Assembly (NCBI GenBank): GCA_937891735.1
Contig: CALAGR010000138.1
Span: 7,123 to 71,122 of the forward strand
Direction of reading: 5' to 3'
Origin: an uncultured Pseudomonadota bacterium
GTDB lineage: Bacteria; Myxococcota_A; UBA796; UBA9615
Length of the DNA: 64,000 bases
The position numbers and the translations under genes are program-made. The notes beneath the pieces are model-generated. The model saw only the letters and a list, made by a program, of their open reading frames with translations, was not told the origin of the DNA and did not search any database. Below are positions 27,425-40,354 of this stretch, piece by piece; within the stretch, counting starts at the first letter, position 1, and each line of letters opens with the position of its first letter.

Positions 27425-28582
27425 CTGCGTCTGACCTCCCTGAGCCTGCGGGACTTCCGCAACATCGAGGGGCTGGATCTGGAGCTTCCGCCGGGGATCT
27501 CCGTGTTCTGGGGGGACAACGGCCAGGGCAAGACGAACCTGCTCGAGGCCGTCTACCTGCTCGCGACCCTCAAGAGCTTCCGGGGCGCGAAGAACAAGGA
27601 GCTGATCCGCTTCGAGCGGACCGGCGCAGGAAGCACCACGGCCGCGGCCACCTGCACCGTGATCAAGGGGCGTCTGCTGGCAGCGGACCTTCCCCGGGAC
27701 TACCAGGTCACCGTGGACGGCACGGGCAAGCGGGTTCGGATCGACGGCAAGGACCCCCGCGGCCTCCCCCACTACTTCGAGGGCATCAAGGCGGTGGCGT
27801 TCGTCCCGTCGGACCTGCGCATGGTGGACGGCGGTCCGGAGCTGCGTCGCTCGTTCCTGGATCGCGCCTCGTTCACGCTGGATCCGACCTACCTGGAGCT
27901 GGCCCGGGACTACGCCGCGGCGCTCAAGCAAAAGAACGCCCTGCTCAGACAGGCCAAGAGCACGGGCCGCCCGCCGGATCGTGCGCTGATCGACGTCTGG
28001 AACGACAAGCTCATCGTGGCCGGGGTCTCGGTGGTGGTGCGGCGAGTCGCCTTCCTCAAGGCGTTCGCGCCGGTGTTCCGGGGGGTGCACGAGGGGATCA
28101 CGGGCGCCGCCAAGGGACGGGCCGAGATCCGGTACCGGGGCCCGGTCAGCGCCGAGGCCGTCAACGGGGGCGAGGTGGGCATCGCCGCGGAGCTGCGTCG
28201 GAAGGTGGAGGGGGCCCTCGCCCAGGAGGTGCGGCGCGGCCACGCGACGGTCGGTCCCCACCGGGACGACTGGGAGCTGCGGGTGGGCGGAGAGCCGCTG
28301 CGCAGCTTCGGCAGCCAGGGGCAGGTGCGTTCGGCGGCGCTGGCGATGCGCATGGCCGTGATGGTCCTGACGAAGCAGGCCGCCGGGGTCTGCCCGCTGT
28401 TCCTGCTGGACGACGTCAGCTCGGAGCTCGACGCGAGCAGGAACCGCCAGCTGATGGAACGGTTGACGGAGCTTCAGGCCCAGGTGCTCGTGACCACCAC
28501 CTCGCTGAGCAACCTCAAGCTCGCCGGGGCGGGGTATTCGGCCTTCCGGGTGTCGGACGGAAGGGTCGACCTCGACGTCTGA
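27425..28582 (+). CDS. recF: DNA replication and repair protein RecF
   Basis: LRLTSLSLRDFRN, GDNGQGKTN, GPHRDD, GSQGQ, LLDDVSSELD; N-terminus extends upstream of the ORF-track start to a CTG at 27425. Confidence 0.97.
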   Translation: MRLTSLSLRDFRNIEGLDLELPPGISVFWGDNGQGKTNLLEAVYLLATLKSFRGAKNKELIRFERTGAGSTTAAATCTVIKGRLLAADLPRDYQVTVDGTGKRVRIDGKDPRGLPHYFEGIKAVAFVPSDLRMVDGGPELRRSFLDRASFTLDPTYLELARDYAAALKQKNALLRQAKSTGRPPDRALIDVWNDKLIVAGVSVVVRRVAFLKAFAPVFRGVHEGITGAAKGRAEIRYRGPVSAEAVNGGEVGIAAELRRKVEGALAQEVRRGHATVGPHRDDWELRVGGEPLRSFGSQGQVRSAALAMRMAVMVLTKQAAGVCPLFLLDDVSSELDASRNRQLMERLTELQAQVLVTTTSLSNLKLAGAGYSAFRVSDGRVDLDV

Positions 28583-28606
28583 GCGGCCGAAGGACGCGCT
28601 CGCTAG

Positions 28607-31189
<2,583 letters not shown>

Positions 31190-31201
31190 GGGCCTGAATC
31201 G

Positions 31202-32212
31202 ATGACGGGATTGACTGCCGCGAGCAAGATCCTCGGGACGGGGCACTACGTCCCGCCCACGGTGGTCACGAACGCCGATCTGGCGAAGCGCTTCGACACA
31301 TCGGATGAGTGGATCCAACAGCGCTCGGGGATCAAGGAGCGGCGGTACTCGACCGAGGAGGATCCTACCTCCGTCATGGGGGCCAAGGCGCTGCGCGCCG
31401 CCTGCGCCGACGCGGGCATCGACGTCGCCGAGATCGACTGCATCGTGCTCGGCACCCTCAGCCCAGACTACGACTTCCCGGGCAGCGCGGTGCTCGTCCA
31501 GGATCTGCTCGGGCTGAACGGGATCGCCTGCATCGACGTGCGCAACCAGTGCACGGGCTTCCTGTACTCCCTCGCCATCGCCGACAGCTTCGTGCGGGCG
31601 GGGATGTTCAAGCGGGTGGCGGTCATCGGGTCCGAGGTGCACAGCACCGGCATCGACTTCAGCGACGAGGGCCGCGACGTGACCGTGCTGTTCGGTGATG
31701 GCGCGGCCGCGGCGGTGGTCGGTCCCACGGACGACCCCAACGTCGGGATGCTGACCCATTGCCTGCACGCCGACGGCTCGGGCGCGCAGCAGCTGTGGAT
31801 CCCGAACCCGGGCAGCCGCAACTTCCCCCACCGCGCTCCCCAGACGATGTACGCCGACCGGTCGGTGTACCCGCAGATGAACGGGCGCGCGGTGTTCAAG
31901 TGGGCCTGCACGAAGCTGCCCGAGGTGATCAACGAGGCGCTCGAAAAGACCGGCTACACGCTGGACGACATCGATCTGCTCGTGCCCCACCAGGCCAATC
32001 GGCGCATCAACGAGATGGTCGCCAAGCAGCTCGGCTTTCCGCAGGACAAGGTCGTGCACAACATCGAGATGTACGGGAACACCACCGCAGCCTCGGTAGG
32101 GATTGCGCTGGACGAGGCGCGGCGCGATGGTCGGATCGTGGCCGGCTCGCTGGTGTGCCTGGCGGCGTTCGGCTCGGGCTTCACCTGGGCCGCCACCATC
32201 GTGCGGTTCTGA
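31202..32212 (+). CDS. fabH: Beta-ketoacyl-ACP synthase III
   Basis: DTSDEWI..RSGIKERR, catalytic C (NQCTGF), LFGDGA, PHQAN, GNTTAAS, FGSGFTW. Confidence 0.93.
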   Translation: MTGLTAASKILGTGHYVPPTVVTNADLAKRFDTSDEWIQQRSGIKERRYSTEEDPTSVMGAKALRAACADAGIDVAEIDCIVLGTLSPDYDFPGSAVLVQDLLGLNGIACIDVRNQCTGFLYSLAIADSFVRAGMFKRVAVIGSEVHSTGIDFSDEGRDVTVLFGDGAAAAVVGPTDDPNVGMLTHCLHADGSGAQQLWIPNPGSRNFPHRAPQTMYADRSVYPQMNGRAVFKWACTKLPEVINEALEKTGYTLDDIDLLVPHQANRRINEMVAKQLGFPQDKVVHNIEMYGNTTAASVGIALDEARRDGRIVAGSLVCLAAFGSGFTWAATIVRF

Positions 32213-32231
32213 ACCGCAGCCGGAGGATCCG

Positions 32232-33212
32232 CTGACTGAGGTCCCCCCCGTCGCCGCGAGCATCCGCTTCGGCAACAAGCGCGTCTTCTTCCTGAGCGGA
32301 AAAGGCGGCACCGGGAAGACTGCGGTCTCGGTAGGACTGGCCCGCGCGCTGGCCCGTCGAGGCAAGCGCTGCCTCATCGTGGAGATCGACGCGCCGCGCC
32401 CCAACCTGCCCGCCTACTTCGGTGGCGAGATCAGCGCGCAGCCCCGCAAGGTCGCCACGCGCATCGACGGCTGCAACGTGGACTTCTTCGCGGCGCTGCG
32501 GGCCTACGTGGAGTCGGTGGTGCCGGCGAAGCGGGTGGTGGGCCTGATCCTGCGCAACCGGGTGGTGAAGATCTTCCTCACCGCGACCCCCGGCGCCCGG
32601 GAGCTGGTGCTGCTGTCGCGGATCTGGGAGTTCAGCTGGGATCCCCGCTGGGACCACATCATCGTGGACCTGCCCGCCTCGGGCCACGCCCTGGCGCTCA
32701 TGCGGTGCCCGTTCCTGGCCAAGCGCACCTTCGCCCGGGGCCCCCTGCGCAAGCGCGCGGACGAGATCATCGAGCGGTTCAGCGATCCCAACGTGGCCGG
32801 CCTGTACTTCTGCGCGCTGCCCGGCGAGATGCCGATCAACGAGACGCTGGAGACCCGCCAGATCCTGGTGGGGCTGGGCATGCCGCCCATCGGCGGCGCG
32901 TTCCTGAACCAGTTCCCCGACGAGTCCTTCGAGCACTCCCAGAAGGACCTGCTCACCGCTCTCGAAGACCTCGTTGAGGCCGAGGGCGGCGAGGGACCCA
33001 ACGGCACGACCCGCGCGCCGATGCCCCCGACGGTGCGCGCCGCGGTCGAAGCGGCCGGCGAGACGCGACGAAACCAGGTCATCGCCAAGGACGGCCTGAA
33101 GCGGCTGCGCGCCGCCTTCGGGGACACGCTGGTGGGCAAGCTCCCGGTCCTGCCGGGCACTCACAGCCAGGTGGCGGACGCCGTCTCCCTCATCATCCTG
33201 GACTGGCTGTGA
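32232..33212 (+). CDS. ArsA/Get3-family ATPase, subunit 1
   Basis: GKGGTGKT, ATPGARE, DLPASGH, EMPINET; GGAGG RBS before a CTG at 32232. Confidence 0.85.
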   Translation: MTEVPPVAASIRFGNKRVFFLSGKGGTGKTAVSVGLARALARRGKRCLIVEIDAPRPNLPAYFGGEISAQPRKVATRIDGCNVDFFAALRAYVESVVPAKRVVGLILRNRVVKIFLTATPGARELVLLSRIWEFSWDPRWDHIIVDLPASGHALALMRCPFLAKRTFARGPLRKRADEIIERFSDPNVAGLYFCALPGEMPINETLETRQILVGLGMPPIGGAFLNQFPDESFEHSQKDLLTALEDLVEAEGGEGPNGTTRAPMPPTVRAAVEAAGETRRNQVIAKDGLKRLRAAFGDTLVGKLPVLPGTHSQVADAVSLIILDWL

Positions 33213-34426
33213 ACGAGACCTTCGCCCTGCAGGCCGCAGCCCAGGCGGAGCTCCGGGCGGCGGTGCACGAGCGGCAGCTGGTGGTCTGCGTCGGCAGCGG
33301 CGGGGTGGGCAAGACGACCACCGCCGCGGCCCTTGGGATCCAGGCGGCGCTGGACGGCCGCCGGGTCATCGTCGTGACCATCGATCCGGCCAAGCGGCTC
33401 GCCAACTCGCTGGGACTCGAGGCCCTGGGCAACGACCAGCGGCAGATCGATCCGCAGCGCTTCCGGGACTTCGGGCTGGAGCCCAAGGGCACGCTGCACG
33501 CGATGATGCTCGACACGCGCGCCACCTTCGACGAGGTGATCAACCGCGTGTCGCCCGACGAGGCCACGCGGGACCGGGTGCTCGGCAACCGGATCTACAA
33601 GCACATCAGCGACACCCTGTCGGCCAGTCACGACTACATGGCGTCGGAGAAGCTGCACGACCTGTACAGCTCGAAGAAGTACGACCTGATCGTGCTCGAC
33701 ACGCCGCCCATGAAGAACGCCATCGACTTCCTGGAGGCGGGGGGTCAGCTCGCGCGGTTCCTGGACGACTCGATCATCAGCTGGTTCCTCAAGCCCCACG
33801 AAGGCGGACGCCGCATCGGCAGCTCGCTGATCTCGGGCACCGGCACGGTCGTGTATCGGCTGCTGGGGCGGGTGTTCGGCAACGACTTCATGGACGAGAT
33901 CTCCGAGTTCTTCCTCGCCACGAAGGACCTGCTGGCGGGGTTCCGCGAGCGCGCCGAGACGGTCGGCCGTCTGCTGCACGACCGCACGCTGACGCGCTTC
34001 GTGGTGGTCTGCACGCCGCGCTCGGTGTCGATGGACGAGGCCCGGTACTTCCACAAGCAGCTGCTGGAGCGGCGCATGCCGGGAGGGCTGTTCATCGTCA
34101 ACCAGGCGGGGCGCTACGCGGAGTGCGCTCCCGCGGCGGACGGCGATGGCCTGCAGTACCTCGGCCGGGCGGACCGGGACTGGATCGCCGAGGCGCTGGC
34201 GGGCACGGGCACGAGCAGCGCCCAGCGGCTCTTCATGGACATGCTGGACACGCACCTGGAGCGCAGCGTGGCGCTGGATCGGAACGATCTCGGTGCCATC
34301 CAGGGGCTGCGGGCGTTCGCCGGCAGCGGGGCCCAGGTTTGCGTGGTGCCGCGCCTGCCCAAGGACATCTACGACCTGGACGGGCTGCTCGCCATCGACC
34401 GACACCTCTTCGGAGGCGATCCGTAG
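33209..34426 (+). CDS. ArsA/Get3-family ATPase, subunit 2
   Basis: CVGSGGVGKTT, TIDPAKRLANSLG, MMLD, DYMASEKL, LDTPP; GTGA overlap with subunit 1. Confidence 0.9.
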   Translation: MNETFALQAAAQAELRAAVHERQLVVCVGSGGVGKTTTAAALGIQAALDGRRVIVVTIDPAKRLANSLGLEALGNDQRQIDPQRFRDFGLEPKGTLHAMMLDTRATFDEVINRVSPDEATRDRVLGNRIYKHISDTLSASHDYMASEKLHDLYSSKKYDLIVLDTPPMKNAIDFLEAGGQLARFLDDSIISWFLKPHEGGRRIGSSLISGTGTVVYRLLGRVFGNDFMDEISEFFLATKDLLAGFRERAETVGRLLHDRTLTRFVVVCTPRSVSMDEARYFHKQLLERRMPGGLFIVNQAGRYAECAPAADGDGLQYLGRADRDWIAEALAGTGTSSAQRLFMDMLDTHLERSVALDRNDLGAIQGLRAFAGSGAQVCVVPRLPKDIYDLDGLLAIDRHLFGGDP

Positions 34427-34454
34427 CGTCCCTCGAGAACCCATCTTTCTGAAG

Positions 34455-34482
34455 AAAGGTCGGCCCTCACGCCGGCCTTTTT
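34455..34482 (+). terminator. Rho-independent terminator after the ATPase pair
   Basis: AAAGGTCGGC-CCTCAC-GCCGGCCTTT followed by TT. Confidence 0.75.
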
Positions 34483-34615
34483 CCGTCTGGGGCCACGGGA
34501 CTCCCGACCGGCGCGATCCCCGCGTCGCGGCAGGAGCCCCCTTGGCGGAATCATGGGACAGGTCGAACGAAACGAGACGAGCCGGACCGGGCGGGCGATC
34601 CGGACCGCGCAGGGC

Positions 34616-35527
34616 ATGGCGTCGGCGCTCGTGATCCTGGGACTCATCGCAGCGAGCGCTCCCGCGGCGACAGCGGCGCCGGTGCCGCCCCCGGTGCGGT
34701 CAGCGGAGCCGGCCAGGCGTCTCCTCGAGGCGGTCGCGTCCCACATGCAGGACCCGGACTTCGACTCCCTGGGCGCCGCGCTGGCGGGAGCGGGGATGAC
34801 CCGGCAGTGGTGGGACGAGCACGTCGACGTACGCCTGTACCGTCCGGCGGCCCTGAACCTGCCGGGCTGGGACTTCGACCTGCTGATGTTCCTGCAGCTC
34901 GAGGGGATCCGGGAGGGCGTGATCTGCGCGTTCGCGCTGCCGGATGTGGATCCCGCCGGCCCCCCGGCGATGGCGGCTGTCTCCGTGGATCAGCTCACCC
35001 GTTGCTCCGAGGCGTCCGCCAAGGAGGTCGCTTCGCCGCTGCCCGGCACGGTCCTGATCCTGGACAACGCCGGGCTCATGGACGCGCTGTGGCCCCTCGA
35101 TCTGTCCCTGCCGAGCGCCGTGGACACCGGCATCGACCCGATCGGGCTGCGCAGCTACACCTGCTCCGACCTCCGTTGGAACAGCACCGGGAGCCGCGAG
35201 GCAGGGGCCCGGGCGGCGGCGGTGGCGGGCGGTGCGTCAGCGGAGGCGATCTCGACGACCCTGATCGGGCTCACCGACCGGTGGCTCGCGTCCGGAGACC
35301 TCGTGCCGCTGCAGGACCTCACGGGAGGGCTGGTGCCCGGCGCGCTCCTCGTCGGCGCGGCGGTGGGGGGCGCCTGGACGGGTCGGGCGGCGCACGCCGA
35401 GATCACCCAGGGCTGCGCGGGCTGCGCGGATCGGGCCGGACGCGGGGAGGTCTGCGAGGTCCGGGGCGACGAGTGCATGTGCGGCCCCCAGGCCCCTTGG
35501 ATGGCCTCGGACGACTCGTCCAGCTGA
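34616..35527 (+). CDS. Secreted hypothetical protein with Cys-rich C-terminus
   Basis: Signal-like MASALVILGLIAASAPA; C-terminal CAGC...C...CMC; start uncertain (34553 or 34616). Confidence 0.6.
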   Translation: MASALVILGLIAASAPAATAAPVPPPVRSAEPARRLLEAVASHMQDPDFDSLGAALAGAGMTRQWWDEHVDVRLYRPAALNLPGWDFDLLMFLQLEGIREGVICAFALPDVDPAGPPAMAAVSVDQLTRCSEASAKEVASPLPGTVLILDNAGLMDALWPLDLSLPSAVDTGIDPIGLRSYTCSDLRWNSTGSREAGARAAAVAGGASAEAISTTLIGLTDRWLASGDLVPLQDLTGGLVPGALLVGAAVGGAWTGRAAHAEITQGCAGCADRAGRGEVCEVRGDECMCGPQAPWMASDDSSS

Positions 35528-35539
35528 GGGGCCGGGTCT

Positions 35540-36631
35540 CTACCTCTTGCCGATGAGGAGCGTCGCGCTGACCTGGCGTGGCGCTGCCTTCTCCTGCCGC
35601 AGGTCTTCGGGCACCTCGCCCCGCCACCGCGAATCGGCGTCCTCCTTGTTGCGCCACTCGACCCACCTGCGCAGGGCGCCTCGCCCGCGACTGGGGCGAT
35701 GCAGGGCGAACAGGCCTTCGAGGCGGTCGAAGACCTCTCCTCCTTCGGCGGGTCGCCCGGCGGGATCCGGGGCCAGCAGGTCGCGGATGAGGGAGACGAG
35801 TTCCTCCGTCGAGTCCGCCGTCGGGTCGAGCTCGTAGCGCCGCTCCAGGGCCGCCCGCAGCACGCCCTCCCGCTGGTCGAAGGTGGTGGACAGCGCCGAC
35901 TCCAGGGGCGAGCGGGCGGGCCACCCGCCGTGCAGCCGCACGTACGACTCCCCCGTCAGGAACTCGTAGGCGATGGTGCCCAGCGCGTACAGATCGGAGC
36001 GCCCGTCGAGGTTCTCCGCCCGCAGCTGCTCGGGGCTCATGTGCAGGGGCGTGCCCTTGGTCAGGCCGCTGTCCGTGTCCCGGCCCAGCCGCCGCTTCGC
36101 CCAGGCGATCCCGAAGTCGAGGATCTTGACGCGTCCCTCGTTGGTCACGTGGATGTTCGCGGGCTTCAGATCGCGGTGCACCAGGCCCACGTGGCGTCCC
36201 GCTTCGTCCTTGAGGCGGTGGGCGAAGTGCAGGCCGTCGGCCACCTCGCTCATGAACAGCAGGGGCGCCTCGATGGGCAGCGGGCGGGTCGCGTCTCGAT
36301 CCCAACGCATGAGGCGGCGCAGGGACTGGCCGCGCACGAGCTCCAGCACGAGGAACCACGTGTCCCCCAGCGCTTCGTCGGACACGCGCCGGAAGTGGCG
36401 GGCCTGGACGATGTTGGGGTGCTGCACCTGGCTGAGGATCCGGGCCTCGTTGGCCAGGGACGCGACGTTGTCAGGATCCTGCTCGGCGCGCCCCGCGTCC
36501 AACACCTTGATCGCCACCTCCTGCTCGAAGCCCAGGCCTCCGTAGATCACCGCGCGGTACACGGCGCCGAGGGAGCCCACGCCGAGGAGCTCCAGGAAGC
36601 GATAGCCAGCGATGGTGCGAGGAAGTCGCAT
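35540..36631 (-). CDS. Hanks-type Ser/Thr protein kinase (soluble)
   Basis: GVGSLGAVY, AIKVL, HPNIV, HRDLKPAN, DFG, MSPEQ, DLYALG; no TM segment. Confidence 0.95.
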   Translation of the reverse strand: MRLPRTIAGYRFLELLGVGSLGAVYRAVIYGGLGFEQEVAIKVLDAGRAEQDPDNVASLANEARILSQVQHPNIVQARHFRRVSDEALGDTWFLVLELVRGQSLRRLMRWDRDATRPLPIEAPLLFMSEVADGLHFAHRLKDEAGRHVGLVHRDLKPANIHVTNEGRVKILDFGIAWAKRRLGRDTDSGLTKGTPLHMSPEQLRAENLDGRSDLYALGTIAYEFLTGESYVRLHGGWPARSPLESALSTTFDQREGVLRAALERRYELDPTADSTEELVSLIRDLLAPDPAGRPAEGGEVFDRLEGLFALHRPSRGRGALRRWVEWRNKEDADSRWRGEVPEDLRQEKAAPRQVSATLLIGKR

Positions 36632-36797
36632 GGCTCGGCAGGATAGCGATGCCTCGCCTCGGGTGATCCGCGCGTCGATCTACGAGCTCCGGAAGAGCCT
36701 CCGATCACCCCGTGCGCGACCCCTGGGAGGGCCCCGTTTCGGGCCTGCCTCCAGCGCGGCGACGGGGCGGGGATTTCGCAGTAAATTTCTTCAATGA

Positions 36798-36845
36798 AAT
36801 CAACAACTTAAGATGCTTGACCGGGTGATCGCAGGGGGGTACCAT
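36798..36845 (+). promoter_or_regulatory. gyrA promoter with upstream IHF consensus site
   Basis: TTGACC(36817)-17 nt-TACCAT(36840); AATCAACAACTTA (36798-36810) matches WATCAANNNNTTR; AT-rich upstream. Confidence 0.75.
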
Positions 36846-36874
36846 TCGCCGTCCCGAGGACGACTGGAAAATGC

Positions 36875-39523
36875 ATGACCTCTACTGATTTCGCCTCCTC
36901 GGTCGTCGGCACGAACATCGAAGATGAGATGCGGTCCAGTTATCTGGACTACTCGATGTCCGTGATCGTCGGCCGGGCCCTGCCTTCAGCGCGCGACGGG
37001 CTCAAGCCCGTGCACCGCCGGATCCTGTACGCGATGTTCCGCGAGGGGTTGCTCCACAACCGGCGCTACAGCAAGTGCGCGGGCGTGGTCGGCGAAGTGC
37101 TCAAGAAGTACCACCCGCACGGTGACAGCGCGGTCTACGACGCCCTCGTCCGCATGGCCCAGCCCTGGAACCTGCGCTACCCGCTGGTGGACGGTCAGGG
37201 CAACTTCGGCTCCATCGACGGCGACTCGGCCGCCGCCTACCGGTACACCGAGTGCCGGATGACGCGGATGGCGGAGGATCTGCTCACCGACATCGACAAG
37301 GACACGGTCGACTTCACGCCGAACTACGACGGCACGACCTTCGAGCCCCTCGTCCTGCCGTCTCGCGTGCCGAACCTGCTCATCAATGGCGCCAGCGGCA
37401 TCGCCGTCGGCATGGCCACGAACATCGCCCCGCACAACCTGGGCGAGGTCGTCGCAGGGACCATCGCCCTCATCGAGAACCCGGATCTGGATCCGGAGGA
37501 ACTCCTGGAGATCATCCCGGGTCCCGACTTCCCGACGGGCGGCGTGATCTACGGAGCCTCCGGCTGCCGGGACGCGAGCCTCACCGGTCGCGGCCGCGTG
37601 ATCATGCGCGGCGTCGCCGAGATCGAGCGGGACGAAAAGGGTGACGACAAGGCGATCATCATCACCGAGATCCCCTACCAGGTGAACAAGGCGCGCCTGG
37701 TCGAGAACATCGCGGCGCTGGTCCGGCACAAGAAGATCGACGGGATCCGCGACCTGCGGGACGAGTCGGACCGCACCGGCATGCGGGTGGTCATCGAGCT
37801 CAAGCGCGACGCCATCGGGCAGGTCGTCCTGAACCTGCTCTTCAAGCACACCGCGCTGCAGAGCACCTTCGGTGTCATCAACCTCGCGCTGGTGGATGGC
37901 CGTCCCGAGGTGATGGGGGTCAAGCGGCTCCTCCTGGAGTTCATCGCCCACCGCAAGGAGGTGACGATCCGGCGCTGCCGCTTCGAGCTGGCCCAGGCCG
38001 AGGCGCGGGCCCACGTCCTGGAGGGGTACCTCAAGGCGCTCGACCACATCGACGAGATCATCAAGATCATCCGGGCGTCGTCCGACGTCGAGATCGCGCG
38101 CGCCAGCTTGATGGACCGGTTCGAGTTCACCCATGTGCAGGCCCAGGCGATCCTGGACATGCGGCTGGCCCGGCTCACCGCCCTGGAGCGGGACAAGCTG
38201 GAGCTCGAGCTGGCGGAGATCAACCAGAAGATCGAGCGGCTGCGCAGCATCCTGGGCAGTGAGGCCCTGATCTTCCAGGAGATCCGGGGCGAGCTCGAGG
38301 CGATCCTGGAGCGCTACGGCGACGCGCGTCGCACCACGATCGTCGCGGCCTCGGCGGACCTGTCCATCGAGGACCTGATCGCGGACGAAGAGGTCGCGGT
38401 GACGCTGTCCAGCCTGGGCTACGTCAAGCGGACCCCGCTGCGCGAGTACGAAGCCCAGCGCCGCGGCGGCAAGGGCAAGAAGGGCATGAGCACCCGGGAG
38501 GAGGACTTCGTCCGGGACCTGTTCGTGGCGAGCACGCACGACAAGCTCATGGTGTTCACCAAGCAGGGCCAGGCGTTCCTGCTGCCGGTGTACGAGGTGC
38601 CCGAGGGTGGACGGGCGGCGCGCGGCCGACCGATCATCAACCTGGTGCCCATGGCCCCGGACGACGAGGCCGCAGGGGTCATCACGATCCGCGAGTTCGA
38701 TGAGCGCTCGGTGTTGTTCGTGACCCGCATGGGCAAGATCAAGCGCACGAGCCTGGAGCGGTACAAGAACATCCGGAGCAGCGGGATCATCGCGTGCGGC
38801 CTCCAAGAGGGCGACGAGGTGCTCGCGACGCAGCTGGTGGGCGACTGGGAGAACGACTCGGTCCTGCTGAGCACCGCCCAGGGCTACTCGATCCACTTCA
38901 AGATCCACGACTTCAACGAGGCCACCGGCTACGACGACGGCGTTCGCGAGATGGGGCGTGGGGCGCGGGGCGTGCGCGGGATCTCGCTCAACGACGGGGA
39001 TCGGGTCGTGGGCATGGAGCTCGTACCGGGCGATCTGCCGGAGCCCGAGATCAGCGAGTCCCGTCGGTTGGTCGATGGTCAGGCGCTGCTGACGATCGTC
39101 GAGAACGGCTTCGGAAAGCTGACCCCGGTCAGCGAGTACCGGACCCAGAGGCGCGGTGGCAAGGGCCTGATCGACATCAAGACGCGCACCCGGGACGGGG
39201 AGCGGCTCGTGGTCGGCGCGGCCCTGTGCGGGGTCCGCGACGAGGCGATGATCATCACCGACGGCGGCAAGCTCATCCGGATCCGCCTGCACGAGGTCAG
39301 CGTCATCGGCCGGAACACCGTGGGCGTCAAGCTCATCGACGTGGACGCGGACGAGACCGTGGTGGCGTTCCAGCGGGTCGGCGAGACCGAGGAAGAGGAC
39401 GAGGACGAGGAGATCGACGAGGACGGCGAGGCCGTGGTCGATGCCGACGGCGAGGACGCCGAAGACGCCGAAGCGACGATCCAGGACGACGCTGACCGTC
39501 CTGCGGACGACGAAGCCGAGTAG
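36875..39523 (+). CDS. gyrA: DNA gyrase subunit A
   Basis: [30 protein letters not shown], GyrA-box QRRGGKG, acidic tail. Confidence 0.99.
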   Translation: MTSTDFASSVVGTNIEDEMRSSYLDYSMSVIVGRALPSARDGLKPVHRRILYAMFREGLLHNRRYSKCAGVVGEVLKKYHPHGDSAVYDALVRMAQPWNLRYPLVDGQGNFGSIDGDSAAAYRYTECRMTRMAEDLLTDIDKDTVDFTPNYDGTTFEPLVLPSRVPNLLINGASGIAVGMATNIAPHNLGEVVAGTIALIENPDLDPEELLEIIPGPDFPTGGVIYGASGCRDASLTGRGRVIMRGVAEIERDEKGDDKAIIITEIPYQVNKARLVENIAALVRHKKIDGIRDLRDESDRTGMRVVIELKRDAIGQVVLNLLFKHTALQSTFGVINLALVDGRPEVMGVKRLLLEFIAHRKEVTIRRCRFELAQAEARAHVLEGYLKALDHIDEIIKIIRASSDVEIARASLMDRFEFTHVQAQAILDMRLARLTALERDKLELELAEINQKIERLRSILGSEALIFQEIRGELEAILERYGDARRTTIVAASADLSIEDLIADEEVAVTLSSLGYVKRTPLREYEAQRRGGKGKKGMSTREEDFVRDLFVASTHDKLMVFTKQGQAFLLPVYEVPEGGRAARGRPIINLVPMAPDDEAAGVITIREFDERSVLFVTRMGKIKRTSLERYKNIRSSGIIACGLQEGDEVLATQLVGDWENDSVLLSTAQGYSIHFKIHDFNEATGYDDGVREMGRGARGVRGISLNDGDRVVGMELVPGDLPEPEISESRRLVDGQALLTIVENGFGKLTPVSEYRTQRRGGKGLIDIKTRTRDGERLVVGAALCGVRDEAMIITDGGKLIRIRLHEVSVIGRNTVGVKLIDVDADETVVAFQRVGETEEEDEDEEIDEDGEAVVDADGEDAEDAEATIQDDADRPADDEAE

Positions 39524-39531
39524 CGGGCGGC

Positions 39532-40350
39532 GTGCGGGCTCTCGCTCTGGCGGTGCTCCTTCTGGGTCCGTGGAGCTGCTCGGACCCGGACGCAGACGCA
39601 GTGCGCGCCGCGGATCGGCTCTACCGCACCCAGAACTGGGAGGAGGCGGCGACGGCCTATGCGGCGCTGCCGGCCGGCTCGGGCGACTGGCGCGGTTACG
39701 GGGCCTGGCGCGCGGGGGTGATCTACCGCGATCCGCTGGGTGATCGGTCCCGCGCCAAGGAGCAGTTCTCGTCGTGCGCCAAGGAGTTCGAGGACGGCGA
39801 TTGGGGCTACTCGTGCCTGGTGGAGCTGGGAGATCTCGCCCGGGACGGGGCGGATCCGCGGGCCTCCATCGACGCCTATCGCCGCGCGATCGAGCTGCGG
39901 CCGATGGGCCAGTGGACCGAGCATTGCCTCATGGAGTCGGGCAGGGCGTACGGCGCTCTGGGGGAGCACGAGCAGGCGCGGTCCGACTGGAGCGAGCTGC
40001 TGGCTCGGTTCTCGCGCTCCGCGCGGGCGCCGGAGGTGGAGCTGGCGATCGCCCGGAGCTGGGATCTGGAGGGCAACCCCAAGGAGGCGCGTCGCGCGTT
40101 CCGGACGCTCTACCGGAAGAACCCGAAGCACTCGATCGCCCCGCTGGCCATGTTCGGCGAGGCGGAGGCGCTGGAGCAGCTGGGGGAGCTGGACGAGGCG
40201 CTGGCGCTGTACGAGCGGGTGCGCGCGGCCCATCCCAACCCCCGCGCTGTGGACTTGAAGATCGAATCGATCCGTGACCGCCAGGAACGGCGGGACGTCG
40301 AAAACCACGCCAGCGAAGTGCCCGACAGCGGGCACCTCTACCGGAGATGA
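39532..40350 (+). CDS. TPR-repeat (BamD/CpoB-like) putative lipoprotein
   Basis: Signal ending ...GPWSC; TPR helices e.g. NPKHSIAPLAMFGEAEALEQLG. Confidence 0.75.
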   Translation: MRALALAVLLLGPWSCSDPDADAVRAADRLYRTQNWEEAATAYAALPAGSGDWRGYGAWRAGVIYRDPLGDRSRAKEQFSSCAKEFEDGDWGYSCLVELGDLARDGADPRASIDAYRRAIELRPMGQWTEHCLMESGRAYGALGEHEQARSDWSELLARFSRSARAPEVELAIARSWDLEGNPKEARRAFRTLYRKNPKHSIAPLAMFGEAEALEQLGELDEALALYERVRAAHPNPRAVDLKIESIRDRQERRDVENHASEVPDSGHLYRR

Positions 40351-40354
40351 CGCC

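Noticed and set aside
32232-34426. Arsenic resistance operon
   Set aside because: No arsR/arsB/acr3/arsC/arsD nearby and no A1-A2 fused ArsA architecture.
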